Source: Candidatus Shapirobacteria bacterium
Lineage (GTDB): Bacteria; Patescibacteriota; Microgenomatia; UBA12405
DNA length: 64,000 nucleotides
Reading direction: 5' to 3'
Assembly: GCA_041665485.1 (NCBI GenBank)
Contig: JBAYIT010000002.1
Span: forward strand, 69,867 to 133,866
How positions within the stretch are numbered: position 1 is the stretch's first letter; every line of letters begins with the position of its first letter. The notes beneath the pieces are model-generated. The model was not told the origin of the DNA. It worked only from the letters and a program-made list of their open reading frames with translations, and made no database searches. Below are positions 10,220-20,787 of the stretch, in pieces. A program made the translations under genes and the position numbers.

Positions 10220-11473
10220 TTAGATTGATTTCCATTCTAATATTGGAGCCATCATCCCCATTCTTCTATCAATCCAATAAGGAGAATTACTTAATCCTCC
10301 TTGGATTTCGAGATTTACCGTAGGACAATCGTTTGATAAACCAATAATCCAATCCCCCTTATTAAACTTTGCGGTTAAAACAATACGATATTCCCCCTGG
10401 TTTAAAAAATGTTTTGGAATCTTATTCAATAATCTAATTTTACCTTTCATAAATTTTGGCCAAGAATCTTCGTCTCCGTCGTAAGTAGTCGACACAAAAA
10501 CAACATTGTTATCCGCATCATAAATAACATTACTTAAATTTATATTCAGATCGTCTGCTTTACATTCACCTTCAATCTGAATCCAGATATCATCATCATT
10601 CCTAACTGGCATATCCCTCAACTGCCCCTTTTCATTTGTTATCGAATATCTTAATGGTATAAAATCACCCGCAAATTGCTTTTCCCTCTTTAACCATTCA
10701 GCATTTTTCTTACCGACACCTTCATTATTACTGTAAGAGTAGTTTTTAATAGCTTTTAATACATTATTTGTATCGTCTTTAATATTACCTTGATCTAAAA
10801 CAATTACTTTTTTACACAATTTTTCAATCGCCCCCATATTATGACTTACAAATAACACCGTTCTGCCTTCTTTCTTTGATACCTCATCCATCTTCCCTAA
10901 ACACTTTTTTTGAAATTGAGCATCACCAACCGCTAAAACCTCATCAACGATAAGGATGTCTGGTTCGAGGTTTGCCGCTATAGCAAAAGCTAATCGAACG
11001 TACATCCCCGAAGAATATCTCTTCACTGGAGTATCCAAAAACTTTTCAATTTCCGAGAAAGCCACAATTTCATCAAATTTCTTTCTTATTTCTTTCCGGC
11101 TTAATCCCAAAATTGCTCCATTTAAAAAGATGTTCTCTCTCCCTGTTAATTCTTGATTAAACCCTGTTCCTACTTCCAATAATGACGCCACCCGGCCATT
11201 CATCGTAATCTTTCCTGTTGTTGGAGGAGTGATTTGAGACAATATTTTGAGTAGAGTGCTTTTACCAGCTCCATTCCGCCCAATAATTCCCACCGCCTCT
11301 CCTCGCTTAACCTCAAAATTTACATCTTTTAACGCCCAAAATTCTTCAACCGCCTTTTTCTTATTAAAATTCCATAAATTAGCAATTTGATCACGCAAAG
11401 AATAATAAGGTTCTTTAGCACCTATCTGATATTTTTTTCCCAGATTCTCTACTTTTATTATCGTATCACTCAT
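10220..11473 (-). CDS. wzt: Polysaccharide ABC exporter ATP-binding subunit with C-terminal Wzt_C-like domain
   Basis: FWALKDVNF, Walker A GRNGAGKST, YSSGMYVRLAF signature, ILIVDEVLAVGD, VSH. A C-terminal extension of about 170 aa follows. Confidence 0.95.
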   Translation of the reverse strand: MSDTIIKVENLGKKYQIGAKEPYYSLRDQIANLWNFNKKKAVEEFWALKDVNFEVKRGEAVGIIGRNGAGKSTLLKILSQITPPTTGKITMNGRVASLLEVGTGFNQELTGRENIFLNGAILGLSRKEIRKKFDEIVAFSEIEKFLDTPVKRYSSGMYVRLAFAIAANLEPDILIVDEVLAVGDAQFQKKCLGKMDEVSKKEGRTVLFVSHNMGAIEKLCKKVIVLDQGNIKDDTNNVLKAIKNYSYSNNEGVGKKNAEWLKREKQFAGDFIPLRYSITNEKGQLRDMPVRNDDDIWIQIEGECKADDLNINLSNVIYDADNNVVFVSTTYDGDEDSWPKFMKGKIRLLNKIPKHFLNQGEYRIVLTAKFNKGDWIIGLSNDCPTVNLEIQGGLSNSPYWIDRRMGMMAPILEWKSI

Positions 11474-12297
11474 AGTGTATCGGCAAGAAATCTCTCCGTC
11501 TTTCTAAAATAAGCTAATCCAAACATAAAAAATAAAACACTAATTCCAAAAGTCATCGCCAACAAATTGAAATCGATAATTCCATAGAGAAACCCACCTC
11601 TGGCCATAGTAATTACCCCCGCCATTGGATTTAAAAACGAAACCCACCTATAACTTTCCGGGATAATCGAAGAAGGATAAATTACTGGAGTAACATACAT
11701 TAACAATTGTATAAAAAACGGTAGTATATAACGAACATCGCGATATTTTGCATTAATCGAACCCAAAAATAATCCTACTCCCAAGGCAGTTAAAAAAGAA
11801 CAAAATAGTAATACTGGCAAAAGCAATATCCCAATAACACAAGGAACGTAACCAAAAATTAAACTTAATCCAAAAAAGATTATCAAAGAGAATCCAAAAT
11901 CAACCAATGGAGTTACCGCCGTCGACAACGGTAATAACAATCTCGGAAAATAAACCTTTTTAATAATATTTTCATTATCAACCAGGCAAGAACTTGCCGA
12001 AGATAAAGATGTTGAAAAGTAATTCCACAAAAGCAATCCAGTGTAAACAAAAATAGGGTAGGGAACACCCTCTGAAGGAATTTTTGCCAGGTTGCCAAAA
12101 AAAACCGTAAAAATTATCATCGTAAATAACGGTTGAAATATCGCCCAACCTACACCCAAAACTGTCTGTTTATAGCGCACTTTAACATCCCTCCACGCAA
12201 AAGTATATAAAAGCTCACGGTATCGCCACAATTCTCCCCAATCTAGACATACCAAATTCTTGGGTGGTGTAATTGTATATACATTATCTTTTGGCAT
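11470..12297 (-). CDS. wzm: Polysaccharide ABC exporter permease
   Basis: ELWRYRELL..RDVKVRYKQTVLG..W, IKKVYFPR, YRDVRY, TPVIYP, LNPM. Adjacent to wzt. Confidence 0.95.
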   Translation of the reverse strand: MPKDNVYTITPPKNLVCLDWGELWRYRELLYTFAWRDVKVRYKQTVLGVGWAIFQPLFTMIIFTVFFGNLAKIPSEGVPYPIFVYTGLLLWNYFSTSLSSASSCLVDNENIIKKVYFPRLLLPLSTAVTPLVDFGFSLIIFFGLSLIFGYVPCVIGILLLPVLLFCSFLTALGVGLFLGSINAKYRDVRYILPFFIQLLMYVTPVIYPSSIIPESYRWVSFLNPMAGVITMARGGFLYGIIDFNLLAMTFGISVLFFMFGLAYFRKTERFLADTL

Positions 12298-12326
12298 CGT
12301 ATTCTTATTCTACTATGACTCATCAA

Positions 12327-13898
12327 CTATTTTATTATCTGGTCACAGCTAATTTTTATTCTATCGTCCATAAATGAAATAGTTATACATTTCTTCTCTT
12401 CAATCAACTCACCCGCAATAAAACCATCAAAAAAACCACTGCCACCTTTTTTTGATATATTGATTAAACTACCGCTTAAATCTCTTTCCAAAAAACTATC
12501 GTATTCCTCAACGCTTTTACCTCTCCACCTAAACCCTAAAACATTTTTTACCCCATAGGCTTCAATGAATCTCTTTATCGACAACACCGATTCATAATCT
12601 CCAGGATCGTCACTTTCGAACAATAGTATTTTTTCTTTATTTTTGTTAGCTTCAGTTACAATCATCTGAACCTTATCAGTAAACAACCTTGTCCTAACTG
12701 CATTATTTCTACCTGCTTCAACAATTACGCCATATCCTACCGTTTTAATCGCTAAAGCCATGGCTACCAACCAAACCAAAGTATATAAACTATCTAACCA
12801 CTTTCTTGTAAACAATATTTCTATCAACCGCTTACCCATATAAAAAATCACTGCCAGCAACATTGGCAACATCAATATCCCCGGATAATCATAACGTGAC
12901 AAAACCGGCCAGTTCCCATTATAAAAAAACACCTGACTACCAATCACAATTACTCCCAATATCACTGTTATTAACAGTATTTTTAAAACACTCCACCATT
13001 CTATCCAGTTTTTTTGGTTATTTCTGTAAATATATAAACTAACCGCTCCAAAGAAAACTGTTATTAAAGTAAAAACCATTTTTAAAAAAATTGGTATCTT
13101 GCCATAAACTCTTACTATCCAGTTTATTAAATTATTCAACCTTCCGCCTGTTTCCACCGAATTTCCGTAAAGATCATAACTATTAGTAGAAAAATATTTT
13201 AGTAACCCAAACCAAATCCACATCTCAAACCCTGTTAACACCAAAGCCACCACCAAAAGACACCAATCTTTATTTTTACCAGTCAATTTATACACTACTA
13301 GTCCCCAAATCGGTAACAATAAGATAAAGAAATTTTCTTTTGTTCCCAAAGCAATCAATCCTCCCACGAAAACACATCCATACCCTATACCACTCTTACC
13401 ACGCATCCACACCCAATACAAACCCATTAAAACCATCGAGGTTCCCAAAACTCCATAAATTTCTGCTGGCCCAAGCCTTGTCCAGATATCTGACCATCCA
13501 GGATATAACAAAGTTACTAGCACTATCCCGACAGCCATGCTTATACCTATCCATTTTTCTAGCAAATATATACCCGTAAACACCATAAATACAAAAAGGA
13601 TAAATTTACTCATATACCACAAAACTGGATTATTCCCCCATAAACTACACTCTATTAAATATACCAACCAAAATGATGGTCGGAAACGGTTCACTTTTCC
13701 GTACTGACCAACTTCAGTACCTAATATTATCCGAGGAATTTCAAACACCGATATTTTTCCATCGTTACCCAAAAACGTCATTATTGCATGATCATCGATC
13801 ACACCCCACTTAGCTCCAAGATTTACACCAATCAAACACCAGCCCACTACTAATGACAATAATAAAATCACCCCATTTTTAATAACCGATCTTTTCAT
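12327..13898 (-). CDS. Polytopic membrane protein, putative GT-C-fold glycosyltransferase
   Basis: About 11 TM segments, acidic IDDH in the first external loop, RFRP, and TKE after a TM segment. Confidence 0.6.
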   Translation of the reverse strand: MKRSVIKNGVILLLSLVVGWCLIGVNLGAKWGVIDDHAIMTFLGNDGKISVFEIPRIILGTEVGQYGKVNRFRPSFWLVYLIECSLWGNNPVLWYMSKFILFVFMVFTGIYLLEKWIGISMAVGIVLVTLLYPGWSDIWTRLGPAEIYGVLGTSMVLMGLYWVWMRGKSGIGYGCVFVGGLIALGTKENFFILLLPIWGLVVYKLTGKNKDWCLLVVALVLTGFEMWIWFGLLKYFSTNSYDLYGNSVETGGRLNNLINWIVRVYGKIPIFLKMVFTLITVFFGAVSLYIYRNNQKNWIEWWSVLKILLITVILGVIVIGSQVFFYNGNWPVLSRYDYPGILMLPMLLAVIFYMGKRLIEILFTRKWLDSLYTLVWLVAMALAIKTVGYGVIVEAGRNNAVRTRLFTDKVQMIVTEANKNKEKILLFESDDPGDYESVLSIKRFIEAYGVKNVLGFRWRGKSVEEYDSFLERDLSGSLINISKKGGSGFFDGFIAGELIEEKKCITISFMDDRIKISCDQIIK

Positions 13899-15574
13899 CT
13901 AACCCCTAGATCATAAACTTCAACATAATAACCATTATACCCGATCCTTTCTTGCTTCCCGATAGAATAATTCTTCAAAATATTTTCCATAACCTCACTC
14001 TTTTCCGCCAACCAAGGAACATGAATATATTTAAATGACCTCAATCCACCAGCGTCATCCAACCCACCCAAAATTTTAATATCCTCAAAAAGGTATTCTG
14101 ACCCACTATCTCCGTAAACTATACTATCACCAATCAATTTATTGATTTTTTTAGCTAATTTATCAACAAACACAAACTCAGTGTTATACACCAATCCATC
14201 ATAGTACCCAAATATCGCTGAACTTCGACTATTCAATGAATTACCTCCAAATAATCTCTTGGGTAAAATGTCTATTGATCGAAAAATCTGCCCCAAGAAC
14301 AAAATTGATATTATTGGCAACATTATTCTAATTCTTTTTCCGTCTTTTACTAAATAATTAAATGCTAAACCGAAAAATAATGTTGTAAAAAATACCAAGG
14401 GAACCATATATCTAGCAAAAGTCATTGTAATAAATGTCAGATTAAAAATTAGTAGGCTTACAAAAACAAAAAGGATTACTATAAATTCCTGAAGTTTCTT
14501 ATTTGTCACAAATGAATTAAATTTAATTTCTTTTCTGACAATAAATTTTAATAATACCAATAAAGTAACCGCCGATAATATCCATGAAAAATTTAGCCCA
14601 AAAATCTGAAACAATCTGGTGATTACATTACCCTTTTCCAAACCAAAACAAAAAAGACAGCTATTATTCCACTGAAGTTCCAATTTACCACCCCCAATAA
14701 TTCCATTACTCCAAAAGTTCCCTTTGAAATAAAACCAGTATCCTATCATTAACGCCACTGGCAAAAATATTACCAATAACTTCCACAAATCATTTCTCAC
14801 CACCATTTTTCTTAGATAATTCACCCCAAATATAACTATATTAATTCCCAAAAAAGATAAGTAAATCAACCAACCGGTTTCTTTCGAGAAAATTATCAGT
14901 CCTGAATAAACAATAAAATAAATATATTTCTTGTACAGCCAACTTTCAAACATTAGTACTGTAAAAATAAGCACCGGAAAGTCGATATTAAAACTTATTG
15001 ATGTGGCAATACTCAAAGGATTTAAAGCAAAAATTAGAGTAATCCACAAATTAACAGATTTTCTCTTATTATTAAAATAATTTAAAATTTCATGAAAAGC
15101 CTTAATTGCTAACAATGACAAACACAAATTCCCAACACTTAACCAAATTTTGCTCTCACCCCCAAAAAATTGAGTTATTGCCATTAGGCCTGAATAACCC
15201 ATCGAAGAGTGTCCCAACCAATTGAAATTTGGTAAAAAAGTGTTTATCGTCAAGTCAAAGGACTCAATACTTGAATGTAATAACCTCCAATACCATCCAG
15301 CATCCCATCTTTGGGTGTAATTCAAAAAAGGGATTTGGATTAAACTTCTAATCACTAAAATTACGATTATTCCCAAATTGCCCCTAATATATTTTTTTTG
15401 AATCTTTTTTATTTTCATCATCACAACCACTACTGAAACAACGTTTGAAATCCCAATTAAAATCCAAAACAATAATCCGCGCTCAACCAATCTGACCTTT
15501 TCCAAAGCAAAAGCACTATCAATAAATATCGTCAAAGACACTAAAACATTTGCAATCTGGCTCAAAATTACCAC
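13895..15574 (-). CDS. Polytopic membrane protein, putative GT-C (ArnT/PMT-like) glycosyltransferase
   Basis: WDAGWY loop motif, FALNP, SKETG, RY..P in the late TM region. Confidence 0.65.
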   Translation of the reverse strand: MVILSQIANVLVSLTIFIDSAFALEKVRLVERGLLFWILIGISNVVSVVVVMMKIKKIQKKYIRGNLGIIVILVIRSLIQIPFLNYTQRWDAGWYWRLLHSSIESFDLTINTFLPNFNWLGHSSMGYSGLMAITQFFGGESKIWLSVGNLCLSLLAIKAFHEILNYFNNKRKSVNLWITLIFALNPLSIATSISFNIDFPVLIFTVLMFESWLYKKYIYFIVYSGLIIFSKETGWLIYLSFLGINIVIFGVNYLRKMVVRNDLWKLLVIFLPVALMIGYWFYFKGNFWSNGIIGGGKLELQWNNSCLFCFGLEKGNVITRLFQIFGLNFSWILSAVTLLVLLKFIVRKEIKFNSFVTNKKLQEFIVILFVFVSLLIFNLTFITMTFARYMVPLVFFTTLFFGLAFNYLVKDGKRIRIMLPIISILFLGQIFRSIDILPKRLFGGNSLNSRSSAIFGYYDGLVYNTEFVFVDKLAKKINKLIGDSIVYGDSGSEYLFEDIKILGGLDDAGGLRSFKYIHVPWLAEKSEVMENILKNYSIGKQERIGYNGYYVEVYDLGVR

Positions 15575-17412
15575 TTAGTTATCTTATATAAACAGTAACT
15601 ATCAAAACAAACTTCTTTTGTGGAATTTTTTAACAAATAATCTTCGAAGACAAGCCGAGGCGGAGCCCAATCTTTCCATGTATAACTATTTAAAAAACTA
15701 TTCTTTAGTTCATAATCAATCGTAAAATATTGTATTTTCTTAACTTTCAAAAATTTTGTATATCCCAAACTTTCTCCCGGAACTTCAGTAGAGTACTTAT
15801 TATTATTTACTAAATAATACTTCGCATTATGATTCCAATAATTAAGCACTACAGTGTTTTCAAAATTCTGATTAATATAGTCAGTTACTAAATATGATTT
15901 TCCCATAACTCTGGAAAGATATTCTTTTCTTTCCATTAATCCAAACATTGTCATATTTTCTGAAAGTTTCACAATCGTTAAATTCGCCAACACTTTAGTT
16001 ATACTCAACGGTCTCAACCTATAAACAAAAAATACGATCATAATTATCGCCAATACACTTGTAATTTTCTTACTCAATTTACTTAAAGTAATACTAGCCA
16101 ATATAATTATTACCACCAAAGTTGATAATAAAAATCTAGTCTGATGTGTTATCCAGAAAAACCATATTATCAAATTTACCATCACCACAAGGGACAACAT
16201 CTTTACTTCCATTCGTTTCTGTTGCCCAAAACCTCCAACAAGTGCCAACAAAAAAGCCAACCCCACCACCATTCCTCTAATATGTAAATTATCCCGAATA
16301 AAAGAGTTGTATGGAATCAACAAAAAATTCAACAAATTCCTCTCTCGAACAAATCCTTTAACCGCTCTATCAATTAAATACATTTCTGAATCTGGCAAAC
16401 CTTTATGACCAAAAAAATATGGATATATTGGATTCCCTAATTGAACAAAATTTTTGACATACCAAAACCCACCCATCGCCAAAGCTGCCATAATTGCCAA
16501 AATAGCCTTTTGAATTATCTGTCGTAAACATTCCTTATTTTTCAGAAGATAGTATGTTCCCAATATTAAAACGTATATCGGAATTGTATAAATTGCCGAA
16601 TACTTAATTGATAAACTCAAGCCCCATAATCCTCCAGTCAAAATTAAAAATTTATTTTCTTTTTTCTCAACCCACCACAACATCATAAACAATCCAATAA
16701 CCTCCGTACTCACGGCAGCGGCATCAATATAACCACTAACCGCGTTATCAATTAATTCCACTAGAAAAAACAAAGAAATCCCAGAAAACAACCCTGATCG
16801 TAAACCATACCTCCTCTTTACAAAAGCAACGACAAAAACCACCAACGAAACAAATACAGTATAGTGGAGTGCGTGCATTAAAGAAGTTCCCTGTAGAGCC
16901 AATCCAAAAGCATAAAGTACTTCCATTGAGGCTGGTAAGTTTCCATAAAACAAACCACCAACCAACGGTAGTTTTAACTTACTGTCGTCGACTATTCTAC
17001 TAACTTCTGGTAAATGGTATGCCAATTCATCCCATGCGTGGGGAGGCATAAAACAAACAGTGTAATTTAAAAAAACTAAAATCCCCAACAAATACCACTT
17101 AACATTCCCCACCGTCAATATTTTCCTTATCTTAAAACTATTTTTTAATTCTTTAAATTCAAAAATTAGAACTATTATTCCCAATAAACCAAGATAAAAC
17201 CACAAATACAGCTTTGTAAACCAACCCATTAATCCGATAAATATTAATCCATTAACAAAGAAACCTAATCCGATTAGATATGACAACACCAAATATTCGG
17301 GCTCAAACTCAATTTTGCACTTTATCTTTTCTAAAATTAACTTCCCTAAATTACTTGTAATCAATACAAAAAAAACTAAAAAGAGTGTTACCCAAGCCAG
17401 TTCACTTAACAT
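15568..17412 (-). CDS. Polytopic membrane protein, putative GT-C (PMT/ArnT-like) glycosyltransferase
   Basis: PPHAWDELAYHL, GLSLSIKY, WYVKNFVQLGNPIYPY, RFLL motifs typical of GT-C-like membrane proteins. Confidence 0.7.
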   Translation of the reverse strand: MLSELAWVTLFLVFFVLITSNLGKLILEKIKCKIEFEPEYLVLSYLIGLGFFVNGLIFIGLMGWFTKLYLWFYLGLLGIIVLIFEFKELKNSFKIRKILTVGNVKWYLLGILVFLNYTVCFMPPHAWDELAYHLPEVSRIVDDSKLKLPLVGGLFYGNLPASMEVLYAFGLALQGTSLMHALHYTVFVSLVVFVVAFVKRRYGLRSGLFSGISLFFLVELIDNAVSGYIDAAAVSTEVIGLFMMLWWVEKKENKFLILTGGLWGLSLSIKYSAIYTIPIYVLILGTYYLLKNKECLRQIIQKAILAIMAALAMGGFWYVKNFVQLGNPIYPYFFGHKGLPDSEMYLIDRAVKGFVRERNLLNFLLIPYNSFIRDNLHIRGMVVGLAFLLALVGGFGQQKRMEVKMLSLVVMVNLIIWFFWITHQTRFLLSTLVVIIILASITLSKLSKKITSVLAIIMIVFFVYRLRPLSITKVLANLTIVKLSENMTMFGLMERKEYLSRVMGKSYLVTDYINQNFENTVVLNYWNHNAKYYLVNNNKYSTEVPGESLGYTKFLKVKKIQYFTIDYELKNSFLNSYTWKDWAPPRLVFEDYLLKNSTKEVCFDSYCLYKITKW

Positions 17413-17746
17413 TTTTTACGACCTTCTTAATTGCCATTTCCGAAACCAACTTAGCAATTTGTTTTTGCAATCGATTTATCCTGATATGATTTTCAAACAT
17501 CACATAAGCCAAAATTATCAAAGCCATTACGTTACCGAGATCAAACAAACGAATGAAGAACAGTTCTTTAACCAAGGGCTCTAAATATTTTGGAAAAGAG
17601 GTAATAAACAACAATCCACCCCAGACAGTAACCCACACCATTGCCCCTTTAGCCCCAATTTCCTTTTTCTTCCAATACAAATAAACATTGTAAAGCATGA
17701 AAAAAGAAAAAATAAAGGCAATTAATTGAACTCCCAATATATTCAT
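17402..17746 (-). CDS. DUF2304-family small membrane protein
   Basis: 114 aa with three TM segments and a C-terminal I..LV.E.AI coiled tail, directly downstream of a DPM1-like GT2. Confidence 0.75.
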   Translation of the reverse strand: MNILGVQLIAFIFSFFMLYNVYLYWKKKEIGAKGAMVWVTVWGGLLFITSFPKYLEPLVKELFFIRLFDLGNVMALIILAYVMFENHIRINRLQKQIAKLVSEMAIKKVVKNVK

Positions 17747-17748
17747 AA

Positions 17749-18420
17749 TTATTTTATGAAGAACCAGTAGGGGATTTGGGTTAAAATTTTCATCGCATCA
17801 AAAAGCGACACCCCTTTGTACTTATCAATGTAAATTGTATCAACCTTTAGTTCCTTAAAGGCAATTTTATTTTTCCCCACCTTGGTTGCCATTTCCGTTT
17901 CAATCCCATACCGCGTCGAATTCCATTTAATTATTTCGTAAACCTCCTTTCTAAACCCCAGATAACCACAAAGTAGATCTTTTTTCTTAATTCCAAATAA
18001 AACATTAACTAAGTGGGCCGCAAAAATATTCCCCAACTTTCTGATTAGGGGCATTCCCTTATTTAACTCTCTGTACCCAAAAACTACCGGGTAGTCAGCC
18101 AGACATTTCCTAAATTCGGGAATGTATCTCGGGTTATGTTGGCCATCGGCATCTAGAAATAACACCGCTTGAGCCCCTTTTATAAAGGCGTATTTTGCCC
18201 CGGTCTTCATTGCTGCTCCCTTGCCTAAATTAATCGCGTGCCTTAATAGCGAAATCTGATGTTCTCCGGCAAAACTCTTGGTTAATAATTCAAAAGAATT
18301 ATCAGCCGACCCGTCATCAACCACCACCACCTCACCGTCATGTATCTTCAAAACTGCTTCAACCGTATTTACCGCCCTCTTTCCTTCGTTATATACCGGA
18401 ATAATTATTGTTAAATTCAT
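17749..18420 (-). CDS. GT2, polyprenol-phosphate glycosyltransferase (DPM1-like)
   Basis: IIPVYNE, VVDDGSAD, NLGKGAAMKTG, LDADGQH, D..CGY. Confidence 0.9.
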   Translation of the reverse strand: MNLTIIIPVYNEGKRAVNTVEAVLKIHDGEVVVVDDGSADNSFELLTKSFAGEHQISLLRHAINLGKGAAMKTGAKYAFIKGAQAVLFLDADGQHNPRYIPEFRKCLADYPVVFGYRELNKGMPLIRKLGNIFAAHLVNVLFGIKKKDLLCGYLGFRKEVYEIIKWNSTRYGIETEMATKVGKNKIAFKELKVDTIYIDKYKGVSLFDAMKILTQIPYWFFIK

Positions 18421-20081
18421 TTGTTGTCAAAATATACCCACTCCATTTGCGGTTGTCCATTAGTAACTTTAATTGTCAATATATCAGCGTAATCTTTTGA
18501 ATCAACTAGCAGGGGAGTCAACTTTAAACAAAGCCAATCTTCACCAACCACTATCGGCTTAAACTCTAAAATCATTTGTCTTTCTCCCTGAACATCCCAA
18601 GGCTTTAAATAACCATGTCTATATATTTTTTTACACTCACTATTCATTATCTGATACCGATAGGGGACTATTATCTTTTTGTTTCTGTTATCCAAGTTTA
18701 ACGCCAACCCAGAAATATTTTTCTCCGCCACCTCTTTTAATAAATTTGTTTCTTTGTCGATCAATAATAACTTATCTGCCGGCATTTTTAACTCTAATTT
18801 ATTTACTGTATTTCCCGACCAATCAAAATACCGATTCCATAAACTATTTCCCATATTTACTAACACCCCAACTAAAAGTAACCCTAATAATATGTTTTTA
18901 AAATAAACCATCAATCCACTAATTAGCACCAACCACAATGGCACCAACGGCAGCCAGTAACGCCCCTGTATTCCCTCCACACTACTATTCCCTGGGTAAG
19001 ACCACATCAGATACATCACCAAAGTTGTCAAAAAAGTTACTAAAAATATCACCCCACCGATTACCACCAATTCACTTAATTTGATTTTATTCTTTAAGTC
19101 TTTGGCCAGTCTAGCCACCACAAAAACCGCCAATATTACAAATGCAAAATATAAATAATTATTTATCATCGGCATATTTCTCCAACCCATTACCCCAACC
19201 ATTTCCTCAAAATGGGGCAAGAATTTTTCTACCCAAGTATCTTTAACTACTTCCAAGAAATATATTAGATCATTTTTGATTACTTCAAGCTGTAATTTCG
19301 GATTAACAAAAGTCGGATAATTATTTTCTCCTTTGCCCAATTTTCCCGTTCCTAAAACCATCACTGTTACCAGTCCAATTACTATAATTTTTCGTCTGTC
19401 TAACCCAAACAGTAGTATTAACGGCAAATAAACCGGCTTAATTATGCTAATTAGCAATACTATTGCATAAGCCAGCCAACCTCTGTGCTTACTAAACCAC
19501 AAGGCTGTTAGTGGCAACACTGAACCCAAAATTACCACGTCATAGCTATAGGCTGTAGCCTGATGGACCACCATTGGCATTAGAGCGTAAAACCAGAGCA
19601 AATATTCAAATTTTTTATTAATTATTTTTAGCCCAATCTTAAGCATTAAAAGCAAAAACAAAAATCCAAACAATCTACCGGCATAAAAAATCACTGCCGG
19701 CTGATTAGTCCAACTCGTAAGCCATACACCAAGAGAATTAGGAATATAACCTAAAAAGTTCAAACCACACCCTCCAATATTCACTGTTTCTTTTAAATCA
19801 TCTTTCGTCCAACTTCTATTAAAATCAATCAAACCAAGCGGAAATTTTTGGTTTTCCAGTAGCACTTTCTCGAAATTAAAACTTTTTTGTACATCTTCGT
19901 AAACCTTAGGAATAATAAAATGGCCATTTCGACAAAATAATTGCCCGGAACTTAAAGCCACCGCTCTCGTAAAATGAGCCGTCTCATCAAACTTTTGAAA
20001 CGGCGGTAAACCAAGGGTCAACAACAATCCTTCCGCCAAGAGAAAAACCACCAAAAACAATCTCATTATTTTTCTAAACAT
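18417..20081 (-). CDS. DUF2142-family membrane protein (GT-C-like)
   Basis: PPFQKFDETAHF, PM..HQ...SYD, KPVY, GIQGRYWLP. Confidence 0.8.
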   Translation of the reverse strand: MFRKIMRLFLVVFLLAEGLLLTLGLPPFQKFDETAHFTRAVALSSGQLFCRNGHFIIPKVYEDVQKSFNFEKVLLENQKFPLGLIDFNRSWTKDDLKETVNIGGCGLNFLGYIPNSLGVWLTSWTNQPAVIFYAGRLFGFLFLLLMLKIGLKIINKKFEYLLWFYALMPMVVHQATAYSYDVVILGSVLPLTALWFSKHRGWLAYAIVLLISIIKPVYLPLILLFGLDRRKIIVIGLVTVMVLGTGKLGKGENNYPTFVNPKLQLEVIKNDLIYFLEVVKDTWVEKFLPHFEEMVGVMGWRNMPMINNYLYFAFVILAVFVVARLAKDLKNKIKLSELVVIGGVIFLVTFLTTLVMYLMWSYPGNSSVEGIQGRYWLPLVPLWLVLISGLMVYFKNILLGLLLVGVLVNMGNSLWNRYFDWSGNTVNKLELKMPADKLLLIDKETNLLKEVAEKNISGLALNLDNRNKKIIVPYRYQIMNSECKKIYRHGYLKPWDVQGERQMILEFKPIVVGEDWLCLKLTPLLVDSKDYADILTIKVTNGQPQMEWVYFDNK

Positions 20082-20787
20082 TAATTTTATTTTTCACCAA
20101 CATCCACACCGCCTCCCAAAAGTCTTTAAGTTTAATTTTTTTACCCTGTTGTTTATTGCGCGGGTTGTAACTAATCGGCACCTCATATATTTTTTCTCCG
20201 CTTTTTAAAATCTTGGCAGTTACCTCCGGGCAAAATTCAAATCTTTTTGATTCAAGCTTTATCGACTTTAATAATTTTGTTTCAAACATTTTATAACAAG
20301 TTGGCTCATCAGTGATATTTCCACCATACAAAAGATTGGTCAACAAAGTTAATACTTGGCCTCCCAAATAAAAACCAATTCCTGAATAATGGTTTTTTCG
20401 ACCCCCAAGTTGTCTTGAACCATAAACCACCCTCACCTTATTCTCCATCATTTTAGCTAACATTGTCTTGAAATCGTTTGGATCATACTCTAAATCTCCA
20501 TCCTGAACTACTGCCACGTCGCCTGTCATTTTTTTAAACCCAGTTCTCAAAGCCATGCTTTTGCCTTGATTCTTAAGGTGATTAACCAAAACAATTGGCA
20601 ATTTTTTTGACTTAATTATTTTTCCTAATTTATCCCCGGTACCGTCAGTTGACCCGTCGTTAACCACAATTATTTCTTTCTTTATTTCTCCCAAATCCAC
20701 ATCCGCCACTCTCTTAATAATCTTTTCAATCGTATTCTCTTCGTTATATACCGGAATAACTATCGATAATCTTTTTATTGATTTCAT
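20074..20787 (-). CDS. GT2, polyprenol-phosphate glycosyltransferase (DPM1-like)
   Basis: VIPVYNEE, VNDGSTDGT, QDGDLEYDPND, VVYGSR, TDEPTCYK, EVPISY.PR...GKK. Confidence 0.92.
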   Translation of the reverse strand: MKSIKRLSIVIPVYNEENTIEKIIKRVADVDLGEIKKEIIVVNDGSTDGTGDKLGKIIKSKKLPIVLVNHLKNQGKSMALRTGFKKMTGDVAVVQDGDLEYDPNDFKTMLAKMMENKVRVVYGSRQLGGRKNHYSGIGFYLGGQVLTLLTNLLYGGNITDEPTCYKMFETKLLKSIKLESKRFEFCPEVTAKILKSGEKIYEVPISYNPRNKQQGKKIKLKDFWEAVWMLVKNKINV

